In this document: positions 24,040-34,954 of the stretch, in pieces | Numbering within the stretch: the first letter of the stretch is position 1 | How the letters are laid out: each line of letters begins with the position of its first letter | Assembly (NCBI RefSeq): GCF_963921235.1 | Contig: NC_086108.1 | Location: 45,758,001-45,822,000 of the forward strand | Direction of reading: 5' to 3' | Length of the DNA: 64,000 nucleotides | Source of the DNA: Mobula hypostoma | Lineage: Eukaryota | Notes under the pieces: generated by a model | Databases searched by the model: none | What the model was told of the DNA's origin: nothing | Seen by the model: the letters and a program-made list of their open reading frames with translations, nothing else | Made by a program: the position numbers and the translations under genes

Positions 24040-25022
24040 ATTATTATGAAACTCAGGAAAGCTCCATTTGATAAGATTAGGGTAGATTGGGAACAGGAAT
24101 TGGGGCTTACCATTTCTGTGGATGATTGGGGGCAGATTTTACAATTAGTTAATACTTCCTCTATTTGTGCTAAACATTCCCTAATTCAATTTAAAGTGGT
24201 GCATAGAGCACATATGTCCAAAGATAAGTTAGCGCGTTTTTACTCGCATATTAATCCTTTCTGTGATAGATGTTCGGGGCAGATAGCCTCTTTAACTCAT
24301 ATGTTTTGGTCTTGCCCTACTTTGGAAACTTTTTGGAGAGATATTTTCAATATTATTTCTAAGGTATTAAATATAGATATCTCTCCTCACCCTATTACTG
24401 CTATCTTTGGACTACCTAAAATTTCTAGTAATCTTTCCCCTTCAGCCCGTAGAATGATTGCATTTCTTACTTTAATGGCGAAAAGATGTATTTTACAACA
24501 TTGGAAAGAGCTTAATGCTCCAACTACCTTTTTTTGGTTTTCTCAGACGATTTTATGTTTGAATCTGGAGAAAATTAGAAGTAACCTTTATGATTCTTCA
24601 TTTAAATTTGAACAGATTTGGGGACCTTTTATTCGATATTTTCATTTAATGTAATATTTACCCTTCTTGTTTTTTTTTCACTGTTTTAATGGAGGTCGGG
24701 ATTGAGGACGTGATTTTAAGTTTAACTCTGTTTGGTTTCAAGTTAGCCCATTGCTTTGCTTTGCTTTTAGTTAGTTGCACGGTGGGTTTTTTTTTGGGGT
24801 TTTTTTGGGGGTTTTTTTTTCTTTTTTTCCATTGATATATATAAAATCTAGTATACTATTATGTTATCTTGGTTTCTTATGCTTAAATTACATTGTTTGT
24901 AGTATTTTCTTTTTGGTATTGTTATCTTTTGGAATTTTATTATACTTTAACATTGTATTAATGTTTATATGGCTTACCTTTTTTGTATACTTACTCAATA
25001 AAAAGATTTAAAAAGAAAGAAA
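24040..25022 (+). mobile_element. L1/Tx1-clade LINE, 5'-truncated (ORF2 C-terminal Zn knuckle + 3'UTR)
   Basis: Open 202-aa ORF with QFKVVHR..CDRC..HMFWSC; AATAAA and A-rich tail; 12-bp TSD GAAAATGTGTGA (24028-24039, 25023-25034). Confidence 0.92.
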
Positions 25023-25659
25023 GAAAATGTGTGAGTGGAGCGGGGTGGGATTGGTAAGGTGGGCTTAGGGGTTATTATTGACAGTTTTCCAGGTTGCCCC
25101 TAGGGAGATCTGGGAAGCATAGACTCTGCATCATGGTAATCCAGCCCGGAGAAGTGTTTCTAAAGCTGGGTTGTTTCACGAATGCCTCACGCCAATGCTC
25201 CTTGGAACCATCGTGCACTGACTTCCCTGGCAACACTCCAGATAAAAAGTTGCATGGAGAATTTGATACTTTGGTGAAGGAGTTGAGAACCTGGAGTTTT
25301 GCCTCTGAACGTAGCTGAAACAGTAAAGTTATGCATGACCAGATATGCCTGGAATTTCCAAAGTGGTGCTTATGGAATATGGGAAAGGCAAGAAAATGGT
25401 GCTTGAAGTAGAAAATTGGATGTGAATGTTGATTTGGGAGCAGTGTTAAGAGGCAAAGAGGGACCTCTGCTCCTATTTCATGCATTTCAGTCAGAAACCC
25501 ACAATCTCATCTCTATGTTTAGGAGGAAGAGACCATACAGGGACCTCGGAGATCCTGTGGTTGTGACCGTCTTCAGTAAAGGACACTTGACTGGCTGTGT
25601 GACGGAGGGACTTCTTTGCTATTTGCCAAAGAGAATGTCATCACTGCGATCCTTCTGTG

Positions 25660-26550
25660 GTACCTGCAGTCCTGAAGAAGGGAGCGAGGCAGAAAAAAGG
25701 AAATTATAGGCTAGTTAGCCTGACTTCAGTGGTTGGGAAGATGTTGGAGTCCATTATTAAGGATGAGGTTTTGAGGTACTTGAAGACACATGATAAAACA
25801 GGCAAAGTCAGCATGGTTCCCTTAAGGAGAAATCGTGCCTGACAAATCTGTTGGAATTCTTTGAGGAAAAAACAAGCAGGATAGACAAAGGAGAGTCAGT
25901 GCAAGTTGTTTATTTGGATTTTCAGAAGGCCTTTGACAAGGTGCCACACATGAGACTGCTTAACAAGATAAGAGCCCATGGTATTACAGGAAAGGTACTA
26001 GCACGGATAGAAGATTGGCTGACAGGCAGAAGGCAAAGAGTGGAAATAAAGGGGCCTTTTCTGGTTCACTGACAGGAATGAAAGAGTTAATGTATGAGGA
26101 GCGTTTGATGGCTCTGGGCCTGTACTCACCCGAGTTTAGCAGAATGGGAGGGGGGAATCTCATTGAAACCTATCAAATATTGAAAGGCCTAGAATGAGTG
26201 GATGTGGAGAGGATGTTTTCTGTAGTGGGGGGGGGGGGAGTCTAGAACCAGAGGGCACAGCCTCAGAATAGAGGGACTTCCATTAAGAACAAAGATGAGG
26301 AGGAATTTCTTTAGCCAGAGGGTAGTGAATCTGTGGAATTCATTCCCATAGGCAGCTGGGGAGGCCAAGTCATTAGGTATATTTAATGCATAGATTGATT
26401 GGTTCCTGATTAGTCAGGACATGAAAGGTAATGGGGAGAAGGTCAGAGAATGGGGTTGAGAAGGATAATAAATCAGCGATAATTGAATGGTAGAGCAGAC
26501 ATAACAGACTGAATGGCCTAATTCTGCTCCTATGTCTTATGATCTTATGG
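25660..26550 (+). mobile_element. CR1 LINE fragment with internal deletion
   Basis: GNYRLVSLTSVVGK; VYLDFQKAFDKVPH; CR1 3'UTR ending tcttatgatcttatg. Confidence 0.9.
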
Positions 26551-26649
26551 CCTACCTGTTCCCTAGGATCTGTTCTCCACATCAGTGTGGATTTCATCCA
26601 GCTGCAGCCACAGGAACATGATCAGAGAAACACGCAGGGAGCAGCATTG

Positions 26650-27450
26650 CCACCATATATGACCTTTTTCAGCTACTCTAAAGTTTTTGATTCTATCAAC
26701 GCCTGTACAAATTGTATTCGTATTATTCTTGATTCATAATACTTGCCACCAGAGCTCATCTCAGTGACGAATGGTGACAAACAAGACTACATCATTACAC
26801 CAGCTCTCTTTCACCACAACGTCACACCTTGCTTCTAATACATTTCCCTTTGGAGTGGGGAGTGGATCTCATTTTTCAGAAATGCTATGTCTTTGTCAAA
26901 TAATTCACTGAAGCTTGCATCATGAGAACAATGTTCCCTTAACAACCTGCCCCATGTTGTGTCATATTGTCCTCCAACAATGAACCTTTGAGATAAGACG
27001 CAGGAAATTGTGGACTACATTCCATATCTTGGGAGGCACTTCTCAGCAGCAGCAGGCATCGATAATGAAGTTCACCATCTCCTTCCATTCACCACAGCAC
27101 AGCCTTCATTGAATCGGAAAACAAGCACTTGAAGATGAAGTCATTAGAACAGGTACGAAGCTCATGGTTACCAGATAGCAATGAACCTTGCCCGCCCGGA
27201 CTGTATATTGCTGAGACCTGGACTGCCAACGATGGACAAAACAATGGAAAACTACCACTAGTGCTGTCTCTGCAAAGTCCTGCAAATTTATTGGAGAAAT
27301 AAACAAGTTAATATCAAACTATTAGGCCAATATCCCCATCATCAAGCTCCCACTTAAATAGAGAAGGCCTGGTTATTCATTCCTCGTGTGCCTGGCACCA
27401 GAAACGCACTCAATTCCAAGCTTTGTCAGAGGAGATATTACCAGGCAGGC
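26650..27450 (+). mobile_element. Highly degraded RTE-clade LINE RT remnant
   Basis: PYLG..S..IDNEVHH and GTKLMV-like peptides near 27020-27170. Confidence 0.5.
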
Positions 27451-29059
27451 AGAGGGAAAAAGCAAGGAAGAGAGCAGTTCTCTCTAAGGAGTACAATATC
27501 CCTCGAAGTTAACCTTGAGTGTGTGCATTGGGAGCACAGACGGACCCTGGGTGAGCAAGAGCAGGAGACAGCAACCCACCTGCTTGTCTCGCCAAGCATT
27601 TCTTCCTCCATTGGTGGAAGATGGCGCAGTTCCCACATTTCCTCATGAGAACCGTCATAAAGATCAAGTCATCTTCTCCATGTACTGTCAACTAAGAAGC
27701 AAATGTTCCTGTGCTGTTCTGTCATTCCACTCTGGGAAGAGGGGCTGGAAAAGAAGGTATTCCTGTCAACACACACAAAATGCTGGAGGAACTCAGAAGA
27801 CATTGTTTGTGTTTATTCCATTCTGGGGAGAGGGGCTGGGCAGGGGAATCAGTTTTTGAAGACAAGGGACGGCCAAAGGAAACTGCTGTACACCCATATT
27901 TCTGGACTTGACTTTTCTTTTCAGAAAGCACTGTAGCTGGTGAACAAACAGCAGGGGGCAATGTCAGCAAACAAATGGTTTTCACTGCTTCTGGAAGATG
28001 AGATACAACTACGACTCGGTAATACATTAGATAACTTCTGTTAAGTTGTCCCAATAATCACTTTGGTTGCACGGAACTTGTTCTGCAGCATGTTCTCCCC
28101 CTTGCAGGTAATTTCCCATTTTCCTCTCCTGAAGGCATGGACTGATGTTGGGGCAAAGTTTACAGGTGACACCATCCTCCAGTACCTCTCGCTGGCCATT
28201 CAGTTAGCATTCAAATGGGTCAAGTGACCTACTTTCGAGGCGTGTGACTCTGAGGTGTCAGGTCTATGTTTTAAAAATCAGGGAAGAGGATATCGCTGAG
28301 GTGTAGTCCCTACACTGGACATTTATCCAATCATTCGGCAGGAAAACTAGTGATTGGGATTGGGAACACTGGATGTAGAAAGCAGCTCTGAAACCAATTA
28401 TGGTGCAAAGGATTTTGTTCCCCATGGCGTGATTACTAGCCGGCACAATCCAGGATCTATTTGGGATCATTATCTCATCTCATGAGTGTGCTTTCTTATG
28501 GAGTAATTCTGTATCTAACTTGCTCATCGGGTAGAAAATGCTCAGTTTACTTTGTGATGGTAAGCAGTCAGTCTGTTTGGGGTCTGCTGTTCAAAAGGTA
28601 AGTTTTACAAAAGGAAAATATTGCAGATGCTTAAAGTCTGAAATAAAGCCAGAAAATGCTGCATATATTGAGTGGTTTGGGCAGAGTTGCTATGTCAGCA
28701 GTCACTTCATCAAAAAGAAATAATATTTCCATTGACCTTACCTGTAACAAACAGGAGAGCTTTCTGCACCACTCCTCAGCACCACAACCCCAAAGCCATT
28801 TGCTGCAATTCCAGTTGATGTTGCAATTCCACACACTCAGGGGGTTTAAGCTTCAAGGTGGCACTAATTCAGATTCAAATTAATCGTCATATACACCAGG
28901 GTGCAACGAAATTCCTTGCTCGCGTGAATCTCACAGAGTAAACAGTGAACATGCTAATAATAAATCCAACCACGTATACAGTGATGAGCGTAAACACGGA
29001 AGAAGGGTGCAAAAGCATGACAGTGAAAACTGAGGCAGTGCAAGAAGAAATGCTGAAGT

Positions 29060-29400
29060 GACAGTGTTAGAACGGGCAGTGTTAGAACGGGCAGAGTTAG
29101 AACGGGCAGTGTTAGAACGGGCAGAGTTAGAACGGGCAGTGTTAGAACGGGCAGTGTTAGAACGGGCAGAGTTAGAACGGGCAGTGTTAGAACGGGCAGT
29201 GTTAGAACGGGCAGAGTTAGAACGGGCAGTGTTAGAACGGGCAGAGTTAGAACGGGCAGTGTTAGAACGGGCAGTGTTAGAACGGGCAGAGTTAGAACGG
29301 GCAGTGTTAGAACGGGCAGTGTTAGAACGGGCAGAGTTAGAACGGGCAGTGTTAGAACGGGCAGTGTTAGAACGGGCAGTGTTAGAACGGGCAGAGTTAA
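29060..29400. repeat. 15-bp tandem repeat (CAGWGTTAGAACGGG), about 23 copies
   Basis: Directly visible; two variants (T/A); 29101-29220 is identical to 29221-29340. Confidence 0.98.
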
Positions 29401-29454
29401 GCGTTTGAGAACGTGGCAGCACCAGATGAAAAGAGGGGATTGGTTCAGGAGGTA

Positions 29455-29950
29455 GAGTCATAGAGAAGTGCAGCAAGTAATCTGGCCCTTTGACCCATCT
29501 AGCCTGTGTCAAACCATTTAAACAGCCCACTCCCATCGACCTGCACCGGGACCTCAGCCTTCCATAGCCCTGCTATCCATGTACCTATCCACACTTCTCT
29601 TAAACGTCGAAATCGAGCTTGCATGCACCACTTGTACTGGCTGCTCGTTCCACACTCTCGCAACCCTCTGAGTGAAGAAGTTTCCCTTCACGTTCCCCTT
29701 AAACTTTTCACCTTCCACCCTTAACCCGTGACCTCTAGTTGCAGTTCCCACCCAATCTCAGTGTAAAAAGCCTACTTGCATTTAGCCTATCTATATCCCT
29801 CATAATTTTGTATGTCTCTGTCAAATCTGCCCTCTATCTTCCATGTTCCGAGGAATGAAGTCCTAACCTGTTCAATCTTTCCTTATAACTCAACTCCTTC
29901 AGTCTCGGCAACATCCTTGTAAATTTTCTCTGTACTCTTTCCGCCTTAGT
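29455..29950 (-). mobile_element. CR1 LINE 3' end
   Basis: TRGHGLRVEGEKFKGNVKGNFFTQRVARVWN. Confidence 0.9.
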
Positions 29951-30424
29951 CTGATAATCTGTTAGCAGTAAGTCTGAAAGCTGCAAGGAAGAGATTGTCC
30001 TTGGGTCCTAGAAGGTAGAAGAGAGAAAAGTAAATGCCTGAGTGTCAGGCATCCTTGATGCTGCCGTTAACTTTCCTAAAGCAACACACTGTGAAGGTGG
30101 AAGAATGGGATGAGCTTGTGATGGTGTGGCCAGTGTTCACTACTCTCTGTGGGTTCCGACAATCCACATCTGGTCCATTACTTGCTGGAACCAGGCCAGA
30201 AACCAATTTGTTGTGATAGTGTCACTGGCATCTTTAGAATACAGTTTCATAATTGTTCAGAACCAGACAGTGAAGTGGAGGAAAATGATAAACTCCACAT
30301 GTTACGCTGAGGGTATTATCTCCCTATTACTACCACTGGCTATTGTACAGAACATTGTGAAACTCTCACACAGTGTCTCTACTGTCCGTGTGAATTAACA
30401 ATGTGGACTTTGTGTGGTCTGATT

Positions 30425-30790
30425 AAGGGAATAGTAGCATAGTGGTTACATTATTAGACTGGCTCTCAGAGGCCTGAACAAATTGATCCGGAGGTATAAT
30501 TTAAATTTAAAATCACCTCACAGCTGCTGGAGAATTAAAATGAAGTAGTAAGTGCATTTGGAATAAATAATTATTATCAGTGAAAATGACCACTGAAATG
30601 GACATTGTTTTGTTATGCTGATCTCTGTTAATAGAGAAGGAAATGTTCCAACTCTACCTGATCTGGCCTGTGTGTGAATCCAAAGCCTGCAATGCAGTTG
30701 ACTGTTAATTGTTTCCTTAGTCTTCAGGACATTAGGAATTGATAATATTTGCCAGCCTTCGCAACAACATCTACTCCCATGAACAGATAA
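30425..30790 (+). mobile_element. Old SINE-like repeat
   Basis: A-box-like head (agcatagtggtta) and body/tail resembling ancient vertebrate SINEs (from recall). Confidence 0.45.
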
Positions 30791-31840
30791 TAAGATCCAC
30801 AAGATCATATTTGTTGTTCAAAACTCTTTCTGATTAAACTATCACCGTTGTGTCAGCTGATCTGTTTCTCCATCAGACGCCCGTGTCTCACATCTATACA
30901 GGTTTCACAGCCAACTTGATGACAACTGTCGGGACATCTGTTCATCTTCATGCAGGATTGCTTTTGGTTCTAATAATCTATAAAACAAATGAAAATGTAA
31001 ATATTTCTGTAAATGCAATTCCACGACCTAGAAGTTAGATGAGCCCTGCTGATAGGTACTGCGTGGCCCAATTTTTTAGCCTTTGTCTCTACAGTTTCTG
31101 TATCATCAGTAAATCTGGCCAGTTCCCAGTTACATTGGGTATCCATATTTATTTATAGAATGATCAGAACTGTAGGGAACTTCCTCATCTGTAACTTTAT
31201 ATACTTGTTTTTGTTTACTTCTGTATCCAAAATTATTGTGGCTTGTATTTAAATTGGAAATCTTTCCTGCAAAATGTTTTGAAAGCTTAAATGTATTACG
31301 TCTTAGAGTATCATAGAACTATGTTGTGCCAACCTTTTAACCTACTCCAATATCAATCTAACCATTCCCTCACACATAGCCCAGCATTTTTATTTCATCT
31401 ATGTGCCTATCTAAGTCTCTTAAATGTCCCTAATGTCTCTGCCTTACTAATCACCATCCCTCGCAGTCATTCTATGCACTTATCGCACTTGGTGTAAAAA
31501 AAAAACTACCTCTGACATCTCCCTATGCTTTCCCCCAATCACCTTAAAGTTATGCCCTCTCATATTGGCCATTGCTGCTCTGGGAAGAAGGTGCTGGCTA
31601 TTCCCTCTATGCCTTTCTCTATCTTGTACACTTCTATCAAGTCACCTCTCAACCCCTGTCACTCCAAAGTGAAAAGCTGTAGCTCACTGAACCTATCTCC
31701 ATAAGACAGCATCCTGGTAAGTCTCCTCTGCAACCTCTCGAAAGCTTCCACATCCTTCCTGCAATGAGGTGACCAGACCGAACAGAATACTCCAAGTGTC
31801 TAGATCTGCAATATTACTTCACAGCTCTTGAACTCAATCC

Positions 31841-34386
31841 CATGGCTAACGAGTTGGAAGTGCAAATCTGCAGAGAGATAGCAGGCAACTGCAGAAAACA
31901 TAAAGTTGTGGTGGTAGGGGATTTTAATTTTCCATATATTGATTGGGTCTCCCATACTGTTAGGGGTCTAGATGGTTTAGAGTTTGTAAAATGTGTTCAG
32001 GAAAGTTTTCTAAATCAATATATAGAGGGACCAACTAGAGGGGATGCAATATTGGATCTCCTGTTAGGAAACGAGTTAGGACAAGTGACAGAAGTCTGTG
32101 TAGGGGAGCACTTTGGTTCCAGCGATCATAAGACCATTAGTTTCAACTTGATCATGGACAAGGATAGATCTGGTCCTAGGGTTGAGGTTCTTAACTGGAA
32201 GAAGGCCAAATTTGAAGAAATGAGAAAGGATCTAAAAAGCGTGGATTGGGACAGGTTGTTCTCTGGCAAGGATGTGATCGGTAGGTGGGAAGCCTTCAAA
32301 GCAGAAATTTTGAGAGTGCAGAGCTTGTATGTTCCTGTCAGGATTAAAGGGAAGGTGAATAGGAATAAGGAACCTTGGTTCTCAAGGGATATTGCAACTC
32401 TGATAAAGAAGAAGAGGGAGTTGTATGACGTGTATAGGAAGCAGGGAGTAAATAAGGTGCTTGAGGAGTATAAGAAGTGCAAGAAAATACTTAAGAAAGA
32501 AATCAGGAGGGCTAAAAGAAGACATGAGGTTGCCTTGGCAGTCAAAGTGAAGGATAATCCAAAGAGCTTTTACAGGTATATTAAGAGCAAAAGGATTGTA
32601 AGGGATAAAATTGGTACTCTTGAAGATCAGAGTGGTCGGCTATGTGCGGAACCAAAGGAAATGGGGGAGATCTTAAATAGGTTTTTTGCGTCTGTGTTTA
32701 CTAAGGAAACTGGCATGAAGTCTATGGAATTAAGGGAAACAAGTAGTGAGATCATGGAAACTGTACAGATCGAAAAGGAGGAGGTCCTTGCTGTCTTGAG
32801 GAAAATTAAAGTGGATAAATCCCCGGGACCTGACAGGGTGTTCCCTCGGACCTTGAAGGAGACTAGTGTTGAAATTTCAGGGGCCCTGACTGAAATATTT
32901 AAAATGTCGCTGTCTACAGGTGAGGTGCCGGAGGATTGGAGAGTGGCTCATGTTGTTCTGTTGTTTAACAAAGGATCGAAAAGTAATCCGGGAAATTATA
33001 GGCCAGTAAGTTTAACGTCGGTAGTAGGTAAGTTATCGGAGGGAGTACTAAGAGACAGAATCTACAAGCATTTGGATAGACTGGGACTTATTAGGGAGAG
33101 TCAACATAGCTTTGTGCGTGGTAGGTCATGTTTGACCAATCTATTGGAGTTTTTCGAGGAGGTTACCAGGAAAGTGGATGAAGGGAAGGCAGTGGATATT
33201 GTCTACATGGACTTCAGTAAAGCCTTTGACAAGGTCCCGCATGGGAGATTAGTTAGGAAAATTCAGTCGCTAGGTATACATGGAGAGGTGGTAAATTGGA
33301 TTAGACATTGGCTCGATGGAAGAAGCCAGAGAGTGGTGGTAGAGAATTGCTTCTCTGAGTGGAGGCCTGTGACTAGTGGTGTGCCACAGGGATCAGTGCT
33401 GGGCCCATTGTTATTTGTCATCTATATCAATGATCTGGATGATAATGTGGTAAATTGGATCAGCAAGTTTGCTGATGATACAAAGATTGGAGGTGTAGTA
33501 GAAAGTGAGGAAGGTTTTCAGAGCCTGCAGAGGGACTTGGACCAGCTGGAAAAATGGGCTGAAAAATGGCAGATGGAGATTAATACTGACAAGTGTGAGG
33601 TATTGCACGTTGGAAGGACAAACCAACGTAGAACATACAGGGTTAATGGTAAGGCACTGAGGAGTGCAGTGGAACAGAGGGATCTGGGAATACAGATACA
33701 AAATTCCCTAAAAGTGGCGTTACAGGTAGATAGGGTCGTAAAGAGAGCTTTTGGTACATTGGCCTTTATTAATCAAAGTATTGAGTATAAGAGCTGGAAT
33801 GTTATGATGAGGTTGTGTAAGGCATTGGTGAGGCCGAATCTGGAGTATTGTATTCAGTTTTGGTCACCAAATTACAGGAAGGATATAAATAAGGTTGAAA
33901 GGGTACAGAGAAGGTTTACAAGGATGTTACCAGGACTTGAGAAACTCAGTTACAGAGAAAGGTTGAATAGGTTAGGACTTTATTCCCTGGAGCGTAGAAG
34001 CATGAGGGGAGATTTGATAGAGGTATATAAAATTATGATGGGTATAGATAGAGTGAATGCAAGCAGGCTTTTTCCACTGAGGCAAGGGGAGAAAAAAAAC
34101 CAGAGGACATGGGTTTAGGGTGAGGGGGGAAAAGTTTAAAGGGAACATTAGGGGGGGGCTTCTTCACACAGAGAGTGGTGGAAGTATGGAATGAGCTGCC
34201 AGACGAGGTGGTAAATGCGTGTTCTTTTTTAACATTTAAGAATAAATTGGACAGATACATGGATGGGAGGTATATGGAGGGATATGGTCCGTGTGCAGGT
34301 CAGTGGGACTAGGCAGAAAATGGTTCGGCACAGCCAGGAAGGGCTAAAAGGCCTGTTTCTGTGCTGTAGTTTCTATGGTTTCTATG
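31841..34386 (+). mobile_element. Young 5'-truncated CR1 LINE
   Basis: Long open ORF2 followed by CR1 3'UTR and (TTCTATGG)-type tail. Confidence 0.95.
31842..34118 (+). CDS. CR1 ORF2 segment (C-terminal part of APE endonuclease + reverse transcriptase), 758 aa; retroelement-encoded, N-terminally truncated
   Basis: VVGDFNFP, LDLLL, SDH, KSPGPD, NYRPVSLTS, YMDFSKAFDKVPH, GVPQGSVLGP, FADD; frameshift only at the A-run near 34092. Confidence 0.9.
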   Translation: MANELEVQICREIAGNCRKHKVVVVGDFNFPYIDWVSHTVRGLDGLEFVKCVQESFLNQYIEGPTRGDAILDLLLGNELGQVTEVCVGEHFGSSDHKTISFNLIMDKDRSGPRVEVLNWKKAKFEEMRKDLKSVDWDRLFSGKDVIGRWEAFKAEILRVQSLYVPVRIKGKVNRNKEPWFSRDIATLIKKKRELYDVYRKQGVNKVLEEYKKCKKILKKEIRRAKRRHEVALAVKVKDNPKSFYRYIKSKRIVRDKIGTLEDQSGRLCAEPKEMGEILNRFFASVFTKETGMKSMELRETSSEIMETVQIEKEEVLAVLRKIKVDKSPGPDRVFPRTLKETSVEISGALTEIFKMSLSTGEVPEDWRVAHVVLLFNKGSKSNPGNYRPVSLTSVVGKLSEGVLRDRIYKHLDRLGLIRESQHSFVRGRSCLTNLLEFFEEVTRKVDEGKAVDIVYMDFSKAFDKVPHGRLVRKIQSLGIHGEVVNWIRHWLDGRSQRVVVENCFSEWRPVTSGVPQGSVLGPLLFVIYINDLDDNVVNWISKFADDTKIGGVVESEEGFQSLQRDLDQLEKWAEKWQMEINTDKCEVLHVGRTNQRRTYRVNGKALRSAVEQRDLGIQIQNSLKVALQVDRVVKRAFGTLAFINQSIEYKSWNVMMRLCKALVRPNLEYCIQFWSPNYRKDINKVERVQRRFTRMLPGLEKLSYRERLNRLGLYSLERRSMRGDLIEVYKIMMGIDRVNASRLFPLRQGEKKNQRTWV

Positions 34387-34954
34387 AAGACCATGCACTA
34401 TATGCCTTCTTAACCACCCTATCAATGTGTGCTATGACTTTGAAGGATACATGAATGTGAAGATCCCTTCTTTTTCTCCACACTCTGGCCTCAGGTTTGA
34501 CCTTCCAAAGTGTATCACTTCACACTTTTCTGGATTGAACTCCGTCTGCCACTTCTCAGCCCAGTCTGCAACCTAGCAATATCCCATTGTAATCTTCAAT
34601 AATCTTCTACACTTTTCACAACTCCATTTGTCTTCATGTTGCCTGCAAAATTACTAACCCACTTTTCCACTTCCTCATCTAGGTCATTTATAAATATCAC
34701 AAAGAACTGGAATTCCAGAATAGGTCAAACAGAAAGCAAAGGATGGTAGCAGATGGAGCATCATCTACTGATAACCCTTTGTTTTCTGTGGGCAAGCGAA
34801 TTCTGAATCTACACAGCTAAGTTTTCTGGATCCCATGCCTCCTAACTTTCTGAATGAGCCTACCATGGGGAACCTTACTAAAATCCATATGCTCTACACC
34901 AGATCAGTTTGGTTGTTTTATGTGACAGACAGTTGACAAGTAGCTTTGTCAAGT

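Larger units (their letters stand above)
31300..34890 (-). mobile_element. Older CR1 LINE (31300-31840 and 34387-34890) hosting a younger antisense CR1
   Basis: Decayed CR1 3' sequence on minus strand is continuous across the younger insertion. Confidence 0.8.

Noticed and set aside
28135..28220. Coding exon AWTDVGAKFTGDTILQYLSLAIQLAFKW
   Set aside because: Weak splice sites and no recognisable homology.
28931..29536. Coiled-coil or antifreeze-like repeat protein (VLERA / ARSNT)
   Set aside because: 15-bp minisatellite with no synonymous variation, embedded in LINE debris.
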